Shown here one piece after another: positions 35,876-48,379 of a DNA stretch of 50,799 nucleotides. The notes under the pieces were generated by a model, which ran no database searches, was not told where the DNA came from, and saw nothing but the letters and a program-made list of their open reading frames with translations. The stretch covers positions 32,671,959 to 32,722,757 of the forward strand of contig NC_069000.1 of NCBI RefSeq assembly GCF_001194135.2, in the 5' to 3' direction. Within the stretch, counting starts at the first letter, position 1, and each line of letters opens with the position of its first letter. This stretch comes from Octopus bimaculoides. Taxonomy: Eukaryota. The position numbers and the translations under genes were made by a program.

Positions 35876-36600
35876 TAGTGTGTTCGGGCAAAATTTGACG
35901 ATATTTTAAATCTCCAGTTTACAGGAACAGTTTGTTATATTGGTAAAGTATCAAGAGCGTTGGAGATTATGAAGATTAAAGTTGTGGTTGCGAAACAGTT
36001 ACCTGACATGGAGTACTCGAAGCAATCTGAATTACTTTTATTATGATGATTCGTGTCAGGTGTTAAAATGTTGACTTCATGACTGCTGTTCAATGTTCTC
36101 TGAACACTGTAAATGCTGTAAGACGTGACATGGACATCATGAAACCAAGATCTTTTGTCAGATCTCCAGCGAGGGTAACGTAATGCCTCAGCACATTTTT
36201 GAACAGGGACTTAGGCACAATTCAGACATTTATGAGAAGCTGTTGGACACTGTGTTAAAAACCCTGTTTGGAGAGGATTGCTGCTGAATGGTTACATGTA
36301 TGGCAGCTGGTTGGCTCATTTTCATACCTCTGGGATGTTGTGAGAATTGGTTGTCGGAAAATATCTACGACTTTTCCAGCTCCAATTTCTGACCTCTTAA
36401 TTCCCCTCGATTGTAATCACATGAATTACTACATGTGGGGGGTGGTTGCGATATACACTAACTGCTATCTGTAACCCCAAGGCCAGGCTGGAGGCCAACA
36501 TCAAGGAGATATTCGAAGCTCTCTTTTGGGGCAGAGTGAGAAATGCACACGCCAGATTCCGGAGCAGTCTCGAGTCCTTGGTGGAACAGAGCTGTTTAAA
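35876..36600 (+). mobile_element. mariner/maT-like transposon relic, internally deleted and 3'-truncated
   Basis: TIR-like TAGTGTGTTCGGGCAAAATTTGACG; SEGNVMPQHIFEQGLRHNSDIYEKLLDTVLK, LERIAAEWLHVWQ, PLDCNHMNYYMWG (degenerate SPDxNPxDYxxWG). Confidence 0.85.
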
Positions 36601-37104
36601 AAGATTGATGTTTGGTGATGCTCGAAAGATCTATCTGTACGGAATCGTTTGCAAACACGGAAGGATCCTAGAAATGTGAATACAGAAGCCAAGAAATTAG
36701 GCCATGTGGTTTAGTGCATATCTCACTCGGGACAATATAATATACTTTTTACTCAAACACAACGTAAGTCTTATAAGTTTTCAGTAGTTTCGTGCTTGTA
36801 AGTGTAAGCTTTCTCCAACATAAGCCAATATATCTTAAATAGGGAGAGCCCGCTTTTTAAAATTGCCATAAGTGCTTAGCCACCCTCGTTGCCGACCTGT
36901 TTTCAGAATACTTTAGGAATATCTGTGTGGGTAAAAGCTCGTTTTGAAGTAATTTATTGTGAAACCAATATTACTTTTTTTTTATATGTAGAGGTGTTGT
37001 CAGTCTGTACCTTAGCTCCATATACAACGATTTCAATTAGGTAATAACCATATGAACAATAGATTCGAGGATCTGAGTAAAAGTATATGAAGTTTTATCT
37101 GCTT

Positions 37105-37640
37105 TAAGAAAACAGTATGCATATGTACGTGTTCGTGAGTGCTCGCGTATATATATATATATATATATATACATACACTTTTGTCCATAATTACAATGGC
37201 GCCTCCCTTATCCGCCATTTTAATAAGAATAGAATCATTACGGAATGCGTTACGTTGGGAGTCTCTGAGGCCATTGCAGGGTTTCTTTCCACTTGTTTTA
37301 AGGCTTTCGCTACCTGTTTGACAAAATTCAAGAAATTCCAGTAGTGCTTGTGATCGTCCATCCAGAACTCTATTTGGATGCCAATTGGGGTTCTTTTCAA
37401 TCCAATTATGCCCGTTTCGATCATCATCATCCATGATAAGCATAGCGTTTTGTAACTCCTCATTACCATTTTTTATTTCCCCCCCAAATATCCCTTCAGC
37501 TTGTGACGGCAGACAATCTGAAATAGCCCTGAGCTAGTTTATTCTTGTCGAAATTTTTAGTGTTTGGGCAGAAACTCAGCCCAAGCTCCAAAATAGAGAC
37601 ATCGTCGGCTGAAAGTTTAATTTAACTTATTCTCTAGTGT
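37105..37640 (-). mobile_element. Penelope-like element, N-terminal/pre-RT fragment
   Basis: KLSADDVSILELGLSFCPN and RNDSILIKMADKGGAIVIMDK are hallmark PLE motifs (GLxFxP; IKxADKG); truncated by (TA)n. Confidence 0.85.
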
Positions 37641-38489
37641 GATGGATTTTCTAGGGCAAGTGATTTTTCAGTCTTATTCTCATTTGTTTCCTGACTACCT
37701 TTTGGGCTTTGCTTGAACTCCTAACTTAAACCATGGAACCTATTGGGCGATAAAATTTGTTCTGAATGTTCATATGAGCAGTTATAATTTTTAGTCATCT
37801 TTCTAGGAGTAATCCATTTCTGGGTGGGTGATAAAAGTGAGTGACATCTGTGACTTTTGTAGACATTTGAAAAACCTTTACGTTCGGGAAAGGAACGAAT
37901 TTATTATTTTCGAGGCAAGATCTTAAATGTGCTCGCAATTTTGACTGATCAAATAAAATAGAAACTTCTCTGGAGCGTTTCCGATGACCAGTTCAAATGC
38001 GTACGCCAGGGCAAAAAGACCACAATCATATGTGCCAACCTAAGGATTAGTAATATGAATTTGTTGAACTGTAGAAATTATGGTTGTTTGAGTTAAGTAC
38101 AGCATTGTTACCTGTGCTGTTAGTTTCTGTGGTGCTGGTGACTTCAAATCGTCATAAACATAAACATCTCCAAAAAAATTGGTCGACAAACCAATATGAT
38201 TGTACCTGGTATGATGAATGACCAGTGTGTAGTGTGGACTGTATGTTAGAAATTCCGTATTTAAAAAATGGTTGATTATATTGAAATTTCAGAAAAATTT
38301 TCCCCTAGGATTTTCAACCCGGCGTCAAGAAGTTTGTCAGATAACAATTGTCCCGAAAGTAAAAACAATTTCTCCTCATATTTCAAAGCAAACGCTCTCA
38401 ATCAAAATGTTCCTTTGTCCACTGGCTCAGAGAAATGGGTAATCAATATAAAAGAAGTATTAACCTCTGGCACTGACTCCAAGAAAAAC

Positions 38490-38830
38490 AGCCGCAAGAG
38501 GTAAGCGCTGTTTATTGTACAACATGAGTCAAGTGAATTCCATCAGGAATCATAACAGAAAAGTTATGATTTACACAGAATGTGGGACGTGTAGAGATTC
38601 CCATTTGGTGTACGCAGCAGAATGCACGAAACATAACTTAATTTATGTTGGTTGCACAACAGAAGAGTTAAACAAAAGTTTCAATGGGCACATATATGAC
38701 GTCAAGCACAATAAGAGTAGTTCGACAGAACTTGCCGAACATTTCGTTTCATACGGCTGCAATTTTGAAAAAGACTTATATATTTGCTTGGTTTCGCATT
38801 CCGAAAGACTACCCTCTTATAACCATAACT
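38490..38830 (+). mobile_element. Penelope-like element, Cys-linker and GIY-YIG endonuclease relic
   Basis: RGKRCLL..CGTCRDSHLVYAAECTKHNLIYVGCT..LNKSFNGH..TELAEHF matches the PLE GIY-YIG (VY..C..YVG.T..R..H..LAEH). Confidence 0.85.
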
Positions 38831-39771
38831 CCCGTCGAAATGAAGTACAAGGGCCAATAAAGACCAACAAAAGATGCGTTAAAATGAACTTAGGCCTGAT
38901 TTAACATAACTATTCCACACCACTAGACATTGCTCTCCCAAAATATTAGGCGTATATTAATCTCATCTCGTCATGATTATAAAGTCAATATCTAGTATCC
39001 ATATTTCTTTATTCTCACATCCACTGTGTAGCTTATGTGAAAATCTGCTATCTCTCCGAAATTTGACAAAATAAAAGCCTAATCTTACAGGGTTCTATCT
39101 TGTTACGTTTTCGTATTATATGTCTATTGTATATCATATCGATATACACTGTATTGCATTTTCTTGGAATCAGTTCCATTAGAAATCTTGGATGACGCAG
39201 AAACATGACATGGACTACAGTGGAAATTAATCACCCTTTATATTTTGATTATATTGGAAAACTTTTCTACGAACAGGATATGAGTAGACCGAGAGTCCTG
39301 ATTTTATCTGGTCATTTACATGGATCGTAGTAGTAGTATTTTATTTACATACATACACACACATATTTTTGTTTTCGTATACAATGGCGCATGTTGCGCG
39401 GACTTCGAAGACGATAGCATTTCTAACAGCCGTTCATTTTTTTCAATTCATCATTTGACCTATTGAGTAAACGGAATTATGAACACACCACCTAAAATGC
39501 ATCGTAGAAACACCAGTGAGTCTACGATATACAAATCAATGAATATGTGAAGCCCATTATTCTTGCCTTTTTTTTTATATATCACTCAGTTAAAACGTTC
39601 CATATTTACTTGGTAATGCAACTTTGGATTTACAGAGTCGACTAGTAAGACACTTCAACCTCGGTTCTCACCTTAGGATTATATGGATTGCTATACCAAT
39701 TGAAAACTTTTTGTTAACCTGGTGCGTTTCTATTAGCAAAGGCCTAAAATGTATTTCGCTCGGATTGATAA

Positions 39772-39813
<42 letters not shown>

Positions 39814-41874
39814 TTGTATATGAGCTTGCATTTATGTATGCATGCACAAACATGCACGCATGATTTAATTGGGTATGAATGGTGAATACATTCCTTTCTT
39901 ATATGCTCTCTCTCTAATGTCAATATATCGGATGATCTTTCGATATCAAGGTCAAAGATGATGATGAATCTGCACAGGAGAATGTATGATTTGCAAGATT
40001 TTATGTTAAAATTTTAAGTAGCTATGCATAGCCCAGTTTTAGACGTGCTTGAAAACCTTTCTGCCTTNNNNNNNNNNNNNNNNNNNNNNNNNNNNNNNNN
40101 NNNNNNNNNNNNNNNNNNNNNNNNNNNNNNNNNNNNNNNNNNNNNNNNNNNNNNNNNNNNNNNNNNNNNNNNNNNNNNNNNNNNNNNNNNNNNNNNNNNN
40201 NNNNNNNNNNNNNNNNNNNNNNNNNNNNNNNNNNNNNNNNNNNNNNNNNNNNNNNNNNNNNNNNNNNNNNNNNNNNNNNNNNNNNNNNNNNNNNNNNNNN
40301 NNNNNNNNNNNNNNNNNNNNNNNNNNNNNNNNNNNNNNNNNNNNNNNNNNNNNNNNNNNNNNNNNNNNNNNNNNNNNNNNNNNNNNNNNNNNNNNNNNNN
40401 NNNNNNNNNNNNNNNNNNNNNNNNNNNNNNNNNNNNNNNNNNNNNNNGCAAATACAGGTCTTTGTAAGTATAGTGTTTTGGCTTTTGGCTGCTTTTTTTT
40501 TGGGGGGGGGGAACAGCATCTAAACCTCTGAAACAGAAAGTGGTTTTCAATGTAGGTGAGTTTATTTTTTAAATTATGAAAGGTTCATACTTTGACATAC
40601 AAATAAATTACCAGAACCGTGAATGTAGAACAATGTACCAGTAATTTTATTTTAACTTACTGAGGTCAAGCGTCAAATGTAACTAACACATCATCCCCAT
40701 GCAAGCAGTTTTTTGGAACGACAGATCTAAACAATTAATAGCAAGTTACTAAAAATATCTGAAATAACACTAAAGGCGTTTTCTCTTTTCATAGCTATAT
40801 TTGCTCACAGAATTAAGTCAGATTAAATGTGGGGGCATGCGCCGTTGCAGTACGTTGTTGCCTTCACCATTTTTCGGTGTCACAACACAGAAGCGTGCTA
40901 CATGAATTCACTGCTTTATTTTCGTTTCGAAACCGTGAAAATATATCTCAAAGTCTCAAGTATATTATATAGAATCGAAGAGAGATATGTAAATTAGAGA
41001 TTATGTAGTCATAACGACACAGATCCTCGTCAGCGTTGTATAGCAAATTCAAACCAAATTATTTAGAAACCGAAAGCTCAACGGGCAACTGAATTACAGC
41101 AAATATAAAGAAAGAAAGACACAAGCTAACAAACAAAAAACAAGAAGAAACACACATTGAAAGAAGGAAAGAAGGAAACAAACAAGCAAAGAGATATACA
41201 AACATGAGTACAATCCTGATGGCTTTGTTTTTTTTTTCCTGAATCCGTAAAGTGTGATCAGGCAGCGGAAAAAGCATTTAGTTTCTTGTAAAAGTCACCT
41301 CAAAATTGAATGCTTATTGGATAACAATGCTTGCGTACTTTTATCATCAAATGTAGAGCTCAAAAATATATGTAGCCTAAATTCACTTATTGAGAATGAT
41401 TGTGACTAACTCAATGTAGCCTTGTACAAAGACGAAAACATCGATCGAGATGCCGGTAAAATCTAGTAGAGTCAATGAAAATGACAAAAACGTTCGTTTA
41501 TATAATAACAGCTTGAATGATAAGAATATGCATGCTGCACAAATTCTTCTGCCAAAGTTCTGAGGTAGGATTGGACCAAACATGCTTCGAACAAAGGCCA
41601 ACTGGGTTTCATTCAGTTGGATTGTATCACATGCAGAATCACAATGGCGAATTTCGCAAGCATTGCTTCATCTTGTCAATAGTTTGATTGAAGATAGATA
41701 AAGCAATTAGCTGGAAACTAACAACATAGGCTGAATCTGCACAAAAATAGCGAAATAAAAGCACACTACGCCGTTTGCTGAAGATATTTAATACACCCCA
41801 GTTTATCTTTAACGCTCTGATCAGCAACAAAATAATGATTATTTCGGTCTATATATAATTACAAGTGCTCAGTT

Positions 41875-42015
41875 GGTGAGCTGGCAAAACCGTTAGCACA
41901 CAGAGCAAAATGCTTAGTGGCATTTCCCCCTTTCTTTATGTTCTGAGTTCAAATTCCACTAAGGTCGACTTTGCCTTTCAACTTTCCGGAGAGGATTAAA
42001 TATGTGCCAGCTGTG
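41875..42015 (+). mobile_element. Family-B SINE
   Basis: GGTGAGCTGGCAAAACCGTTAGC..GAGTTCAAATTCC..GGTCGACTTTGCCTTTCA. Confidence 0.85.
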
Positions 42016-42352
42016 CCCAAATTTAAAAGCTATATATAAGTACAAGTGCTATCAAATTTCTGGCAAACATAGTAATTTATAAGGCACGATATGAAAATGG
42101 TCTCATAGGCCATTTTGATTTTGATTTGCCAAGACTTGTTGCCCTTCCCTAGCTAACTAAAGCATAGTCGAGGTAAGCCGATCTGCACAAAACAGTTAGC
42201 AGGTATTATAATAAGTATTTTCATGTTTAATGGTTGAATAAAATTCGGATGTTGAATATTGTCTATTTTCAGTGCACTTTTAGGATGAAATATTCTCCAA
42301 GTATAAATTTACATGGCACATCTCTCAGTTAATCAACAAGCGAAATGTATAT

Positions 42353-44400
42353 TGTTTTATCCTTACGCCTCCAATCTTGTAGTACGGTTGATATTGTCGA
42401 TGATATATAAAGAATATACGGTAACACTGTTATAACAATACAGTGTTATAACAGCGGCAGTGACAAACACGCAACGAACCGACAATCAATATTTCCAACA
42501 CACCAACTCGAACTATACTTGGGCTTCGAAGAACAGACAGAGAAATTGTTCCATCAATTAATTTTGTGAAACTGTCCTCTGGAGTCGGGAGTGGATGGTG
42601 GCATGCCTTTAAGCAGTGGTTCAATCGTGTAGTGAAACCGGCACACAGTCTAATCGTATTATTTTTCTTTTCAATGCACACCGTGGCCACCGCCCACTTA
42701 GAGTGATCCACCTTTTTGATGACTCCGCTCTTTTTCAGTCTGTCCAACTCTTCATTTACGATTTTAATTTCCACGAACTGTTCTTTTCTGTTAGATTTAA
42801 ATACAGGCACAGCGTTTTCACTAACTTAAAAGCAAGCTTCAGTCTTTTTACATAGACCTAAATTCTCCAATAGTACTTGGGAAAGCTTCTTTTTCACATT
42901 TCTCTTCAATTCCTCAGACAAGTTATCTTTAATGAGACAACAATTTATGTTTTGAAGCAGAGACTTATGAGGAGGTTCCATAAGTCAAATAACCCAACCA
43001 ATCTGTAGCAAAGGGAGTGATTTTATTCTTCACAATGAATATATTTGCTTTGTGTGTTTCTCCTCGAAATGTGACGTCTGTAACATTTCGCCCATGAAAT
43101 GTAATTTACCGCCTGTTACGTCACGCGCAATTTTCGCTGATTTACGAAACCTCGGTTTCCCGATTGTTCGTCATGTATCCACATTTATGATCGAAATATC
43201 CCGGTTTTTAAACAGACAGACATTCTTTTCTGAAGTTTAGGCCTCGACATCCGTAACATGGATTGGGGCTTGGCACTCATATTTCGTTTTACTTTCCGGG
43301 TCGACACATTTGTATTTTTGTGGAATCTTTCTCTTGAATCTTTTTCACGTCGTGCTTCAGCTTTACTATTGCTTGACATTCTTCTGCAATGGCCTGTAGA
43401 GTTAGGTCTTCGTTCGCTTGCTCCATTTTTGAGAAAGTCGTTGCCCGAATTTCTCTATCTTCGGTTGCCGTAAAACCTTATACGAAGGTAAGAGATTTAA
43501 ACAGATCCTGAGTGAGTTCCTGAGGTTTAAAGTTTTCACATACTCCGGCGTATGTAATAAAGTCATCATAGTCATCTTTTGTTAAGTTCCAACATTCCAT
43601 TCGAGTGATAGATAACGAACTTTTGTCACAAAAGATCTTTGAAAGTAATTCAATAGATTCTTGGAAACAAATCTCTCTCGATTTTGGGGACAATATAAAG
43701 TTACAGTAACGTTCATGCTCCGCCGGAGCTACCTTACGTAGTAAATGCCCCACTTTCTCCTCATCCGATCTTGACTTGCAATTTTTGTTAACAATTTCCT
43801 CGTACCTTCTATGGTACACAGGAAATATAATACCCTCCTCCGGATTATAAGTGAATTCAGAAATCGAGTTCGCCACGCAGTCTGGCGTAAACGAACTCAC
43901 TGAATTTTCGAATTTCCTCGACAATAACTCATTTAACTGTTATTGTTGCTATAATGCTTGCTTCTGCAACTTCTGTAGATGTTTCTGTTGCTTCTCTTGA
44001 AGCTGTATTACTGCAACTAATAGGTTCTCCATAATTTAACAATTTGTATGACGCATAAATTGTCAAATAACCTACGTGAGCTTCGAAAAATCCTCGTCTC
44101 CAGTTGTTATATCCTTACGCCTCCAGTATCGTAGTAAGGTTGATATTGTCGACGATAAATAAAGAATACTCTGTAACAGTGTTATAACAATACAAAATAG
44201 AAACAGCGCCAGTAACAAATACGCAATGAACCAACAATCTTTTACGAACTAACAATCAATATTTCCAACACACTAACTCAAACTGTACCTGGACTTAGAA
44301 GACCAAACTACGAACCGCCGACTACGTCAGACCGCTACTATTTATATGCAGTGGTCCCGTCTATTCTCGTCAGAGGGTGTCGTACTCTCGCCACATCACA
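42353..44400 (-). mobile_element. Ty3/Gypsy (K02A2.6-like) LTR retrotransposon, internally deleted
   Basis: 5' LTR 44105-44400 (TG..CA), PBS TGGAGACGAGGA at 44091-44102, gag, RT start (EELDRLKKSGVIKKVDHSKWA..IRLCAGFTTRLN..PLPTPED) fused at about 42535 to a partial 3' LTR 42353-42533. Confidence 0.92.
43478..44032 (-). pseudogene. Disrupted gag of the Gypsy element
   Basis: ATG at 44032 followed by two stops in the Q-rich N-terminus; then SISEFTYNPEEG..YHRRYEE..EKVGHLLRK..EHERYCNFILS. Confidence 0.85.
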
Positions 44401-45010
44401 TATCATATGGAAATTAGTAATTAGAAGATTACTCTGAGCGTAACTACAATTTTCAGACTATGTGCATAATAACTATTGACGAGTAGAATAACTGGGTGAG
44501 GCACAATTTAATTGGTACACCTGAACAAATATTACATGTCAATTTTGTCTAACAATCCGCCAGTTTGTCGGCTTGATATTCTGTTATCATAGGCGCAGAA
44601 GAATGAACGACGATCGATGAGATTTAAAATAAGATCATAATTAGCTTCAAAATATAATATATGCATTTTTTCTAACTCGCTCATAGTTCTGCAACACACA
44701 TAGAAGCATACATACATACAAACACTCACAAAGACATAAATATATATGTGTGTACGTGTGTGCGTGTGCGTTTGCGTGCGTGTGTGTGTATGCGTGTGTG
44801 CGTATGCACATGCATGTATGTAGGTGTGGATGTACAGCGTGATAAAGCTGGTCGCCTCACTGTCGCGCGAGTTTTTCTCTCTCTGACTTGATGTCATTCT
44901 TTTCTTTCATCTCGGGGGTAGGGGTGACAGTCATTAAAATGAAGTCATTAAAATAAAAGTATCTCTCAAACCCTTGCACAAAATGCTTTGCTTTGTGCTT
45001 ATGTTAGAGC

Positions 45011-45407
45011 GAGGCGCAATGGCCCAGTGGTTAGGGCGGCGGACTCACGGTCATAGAATCGCGGTTTCGATTCCCAGACCGGGCGTTGTGAGTGTTTATT
45101 GAGCGAAAACACCTAAAGCTCCACGAGGCTCCGGCAGGGGGTGGTGGCGAACCCTGCTGTACTCTTCCACCACAACTTTCTCTCACTCTTACTTCCTGTT
45201 TCTGTTGTGCCTGTAATTCAAAGGGTCAGCCTTGTCACACTGTGTCACGCAGAATATCCCCGAGAACTACGTTAAGGGTACACGTGTCTGTGGAGTGCTC
45301 AGCCACTTGCACGTTAATTTCACGAGCAGGCTGTTCCGTTGATCGGATCGACTGGAACCCTCGACGTCGTAAGCGACGGAGTGCCAACAACAACAACAAC
45401 AACAACA
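45011..45407 (+). mobile_element. Family-A tRNA-derived SINE, full length, with 10-bp TSD
   Basis: A box TGGCCCAGTGG, B box GGTTTCGATTCC, (CAA)n tail; ATGTTAGAGC at 45001-45010 and 45408-45417. Confidence 0.95.
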
Positions 45408-45619
45408 ATGTTAGAGCCTAAGTAGACTCTTTCGCAGCACATCCAAAGGGATTCTGGGGTTGACCCTTGCATGTCTTTGTTATTTGCCGTGTTAATCCTC
45501 ATCACATATACACTTAGAAAATTCAAAGTAAAAATGCAGTTTCTGCCGAGAAACCAATCCCTTAACATTACTGATTCAGAGACATATGGGAGTTTCTTTG
45601 TAAATAATTCGGGATATGT

Positions 45620-46725
45620 TTTGCAACCAGCTATTTAATGTTTTGTCGAATTATTTTATCTCTTGCTTTTTGAAAAGTAATTAATACATATATCAGAAAA
45701 TCCGATAAATATGTCTTCGATAACGATATATTTGCTAGATTTGTAATGATCAGGTCAAACTAATGATATCCTTTTTGGCACAGGATGTACTGTGAAGGAT
45801 TTTGAGTTGACAGATTTCAACAAAGAATCAACTTCAAACTTTTATATTGGTTGTAAAGACTTATGAATGAAATTTATTCTAACTTAGAATAGTCTCCGAA
45901 TGAATTAGCAATGTCACCTGCTGGTTGATTTATTGAATTCCGTTTATGTTGAATAATAGAATTCTATGTTGAGGAATACGGCATCGATTTAATACATATA
46001 TTTAGTTCTAAAGACGACTACCACCGCCATATTTTCTTTTCCCCGAGCTTCATTCGTTCAGCTTCTGTAATTTTATGGTTTCGCTGGGTGGCAACGGATT
46101 CAAGTTCAATGGACATATAATCTCAGAGTTGGGTGTTGGTTACGTTATATAGTGTAGTACATAAGTATGCCAATAATCACTGATTAAAAACTTGCTTTTG
46201 TATAACCATGATTTTTTCACCGAAGTGAAAAATTAGGTATCGTTTGATAACTTCCACAGCAGGAAAGTAATTATTTTATGTTAGCAATATTGGAAAATTA
46301 AGCTAAGTTTCTTAAATGCTGATCACTGATAGTAAAATCATTAACCAAAGTACCAGAAATAATATTGTCTGTTGCTCAAATAATAATAAAATCAAGTATA
46401 TAACTTGAAACATGTGTATATATGTTAATGTATTGGTATTAAGATTATTTCTATAAGAACGAATAGTTGAAAGCTAATGGGTACTGACGTCCCCCATTAT
46501 TACATGGGTTTCTACGTCGGCATATTTTCCCAAGAAATTGTTGACTTCATTCGTAAATAACGTAATACTAATTGAAGGTGGGAGCCATATAACATGCAGC
46601 GCCTTGGATAAAAGCGGCAAATGAGCTGAATGGGATAAAGTAACTGTAGTGTAGTTAGCAGTGATTTTCAAAGAATATAACCACTTCAACTGCCATAAAG
46701 TTCGACGATCCTTGTTTTTAACCAT
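45620..46725 (-). mobile_element. L2/CR1-type LINE relic (APE endonuclease to RT start)
   Basis: IWLPPSISITLF..VIMGDVSTH (YRPP..GDFN.H), YILDFII..DFTISDQHL (LDL..ISDH), EVDSLLKSVNSKSFTVHPVP (KSCxLDPIP). Confidence 0.7.
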
Positions 46726-47289
46726 TCACTTGTAATGTAATACATTGTTAATTCTGGCCCAAGTTTTAGTGTGAACGAAAACTCTAGTTTATGAAACAAT
46801 AACGCAGCTCTGAGCCTCTATTGCTATATACCGACCAAGGGCGTCAGATTGTCCGAATCATTAGAGAATCTGTAAAACTGCCTTGCGGCAGGCATCTATT
46901 TCTGCTTGGAACCTGCCAAAGTCAATATTTTGTTTCATCCTTTTGGGATGGTTAAAGAATTTGAAGTTGTGGGATTGATTTAATCAACTAACACATCTCA
47001 CTAAAATAACTGACCTTGTTTATACGTTAGGACCAATTACAAGGGTTGTACAAAATAATAGAAACACCACTTCGTATTTAATTATTTTTTTCTGTTGGCA
47101 AGATGACAAATTAAGAAATGTACGATTTCATATATATGTGTTCAGATGTATCATACATGTATTATATATGGTTTACACTATTGCTTTCCGTGTTTCACAC
47201 AGAAACGCGCACACAAACACAGACACACACGTATGTATATGTATTTGTTAAAATTCGTAACCTCTAAATTGTTAGAGCATGGCTGACAG

Positions 47290-47385
47290 ACTGGCTGGCT
47301 GGCTGGATGGATGCATGGATGGATGCTTGGATGGATGGATGCATGGATGCATGGATGCATGGATGCATGGATGCATGGATGAATG
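47290..47385. repeat. (GGCT)n to (GGAT)n to (GGATGCAT)n microsatellite inside the Tc1 relic
   Basis: Direct sequence. Confidence 0.95.
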
Positions 47386-47787
47386 GAGCTTCAGTCATTA
47401 AAACTGCTAATTTGGTTAATATTATTCAACGTTCAGTCTCTAATTTGGTGCCGTGCAGTCTCTAAAATCATGCTGTCATTCGAAAGACAAGGTTTTGGCA
47501 AGTAAAATTGTTAACAGTTGACAAAATACTCAGAATTGTGGAACATATTGTCTAAAAGCCATAAAACGACGGCACAAAAGCGAAAGCAGAGCTCAATCAC
47601 CAGCTTGCCAACCTCGTGTTGACCAAAACTATTCGTCGTGAGCTCCATAAAGATGAATACCACGAGAGAGCAGCAATTACTAAACCTCTTTAAACATTGA
47701 TAAGCGGCAAATGGCTAAATGGGAAAACGTCATCTTCTCTGATGATTCTCCACTCATACTTTTCGACACGTCGGGGAGAGTTTAAGT

Positions 47788-48379
47788 CGGAAGACTTTAA
47801 ACCGCATCCGGTAGTGGAGCCTTTGTACGGGAAATTCCAGGGTTTTGGGGAGTGCGAAACCACCCCTTATCCACTATTGTTCTCAGATCTAATCTGAACC
47901 TGAGTAGTACCACCTGTTAGGGTCCAAACTACTGTTTAACTAGCATGTGTATCATCCGGTTCAAACCCAGACTTTGCCAGCTCCGATAATTGGCGGTGAT
48001 TTGGTTAGTGAATCCTCCGCGGAGGTCGACAAACGACGTCAAGATGAGCTGCTACGTATCACACTATCCCAAAGTGTGTATGAATGTCACCGGGAACCAC
48101 ATGTGAATTTGTATTCCCGTTGAAACTCCGAACAAGACAATCCCTTAACAACGAATGATAACTACGGTTACAGCGTCCACACTATCCGATGCGCTTGCTC
48201 TCCTAGTGGGGCATTTATCACACTTGCAAGTTGAATCTTTGAACACCAGTTACAAGCAGTTATGTGCTTGCTGGAACGACTGTCGGATGTGGTCAGCGTT
48301 TGTGAGGGACATGGTGAACTCATTGGTCGAAGCCGGCTCAACCCACCCCGGGTGAATGCCACTACAAGTACAAGTAAGT
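47788..48379 (+). mobile_element. RTE-derived non-autonomous insert nested in the Tc1 transposase
   Basis: Splits the Tc1 reading between ..TSGRV and WRQ; 3' end encodes WSAFVRDMVNSLVEAGSTHPG* and ends in a (CAAGTA)n-type tail; TAAGT flanks both sides. Confidence 0.7.

Noticed and set aside
39180-39215. Hammerhead downstream of the PLE GIY-YIG (TGGATGACGCAGAAACATG)
   Set aside because: Core mutated, helix II at most 1 bp, no helix I pairing
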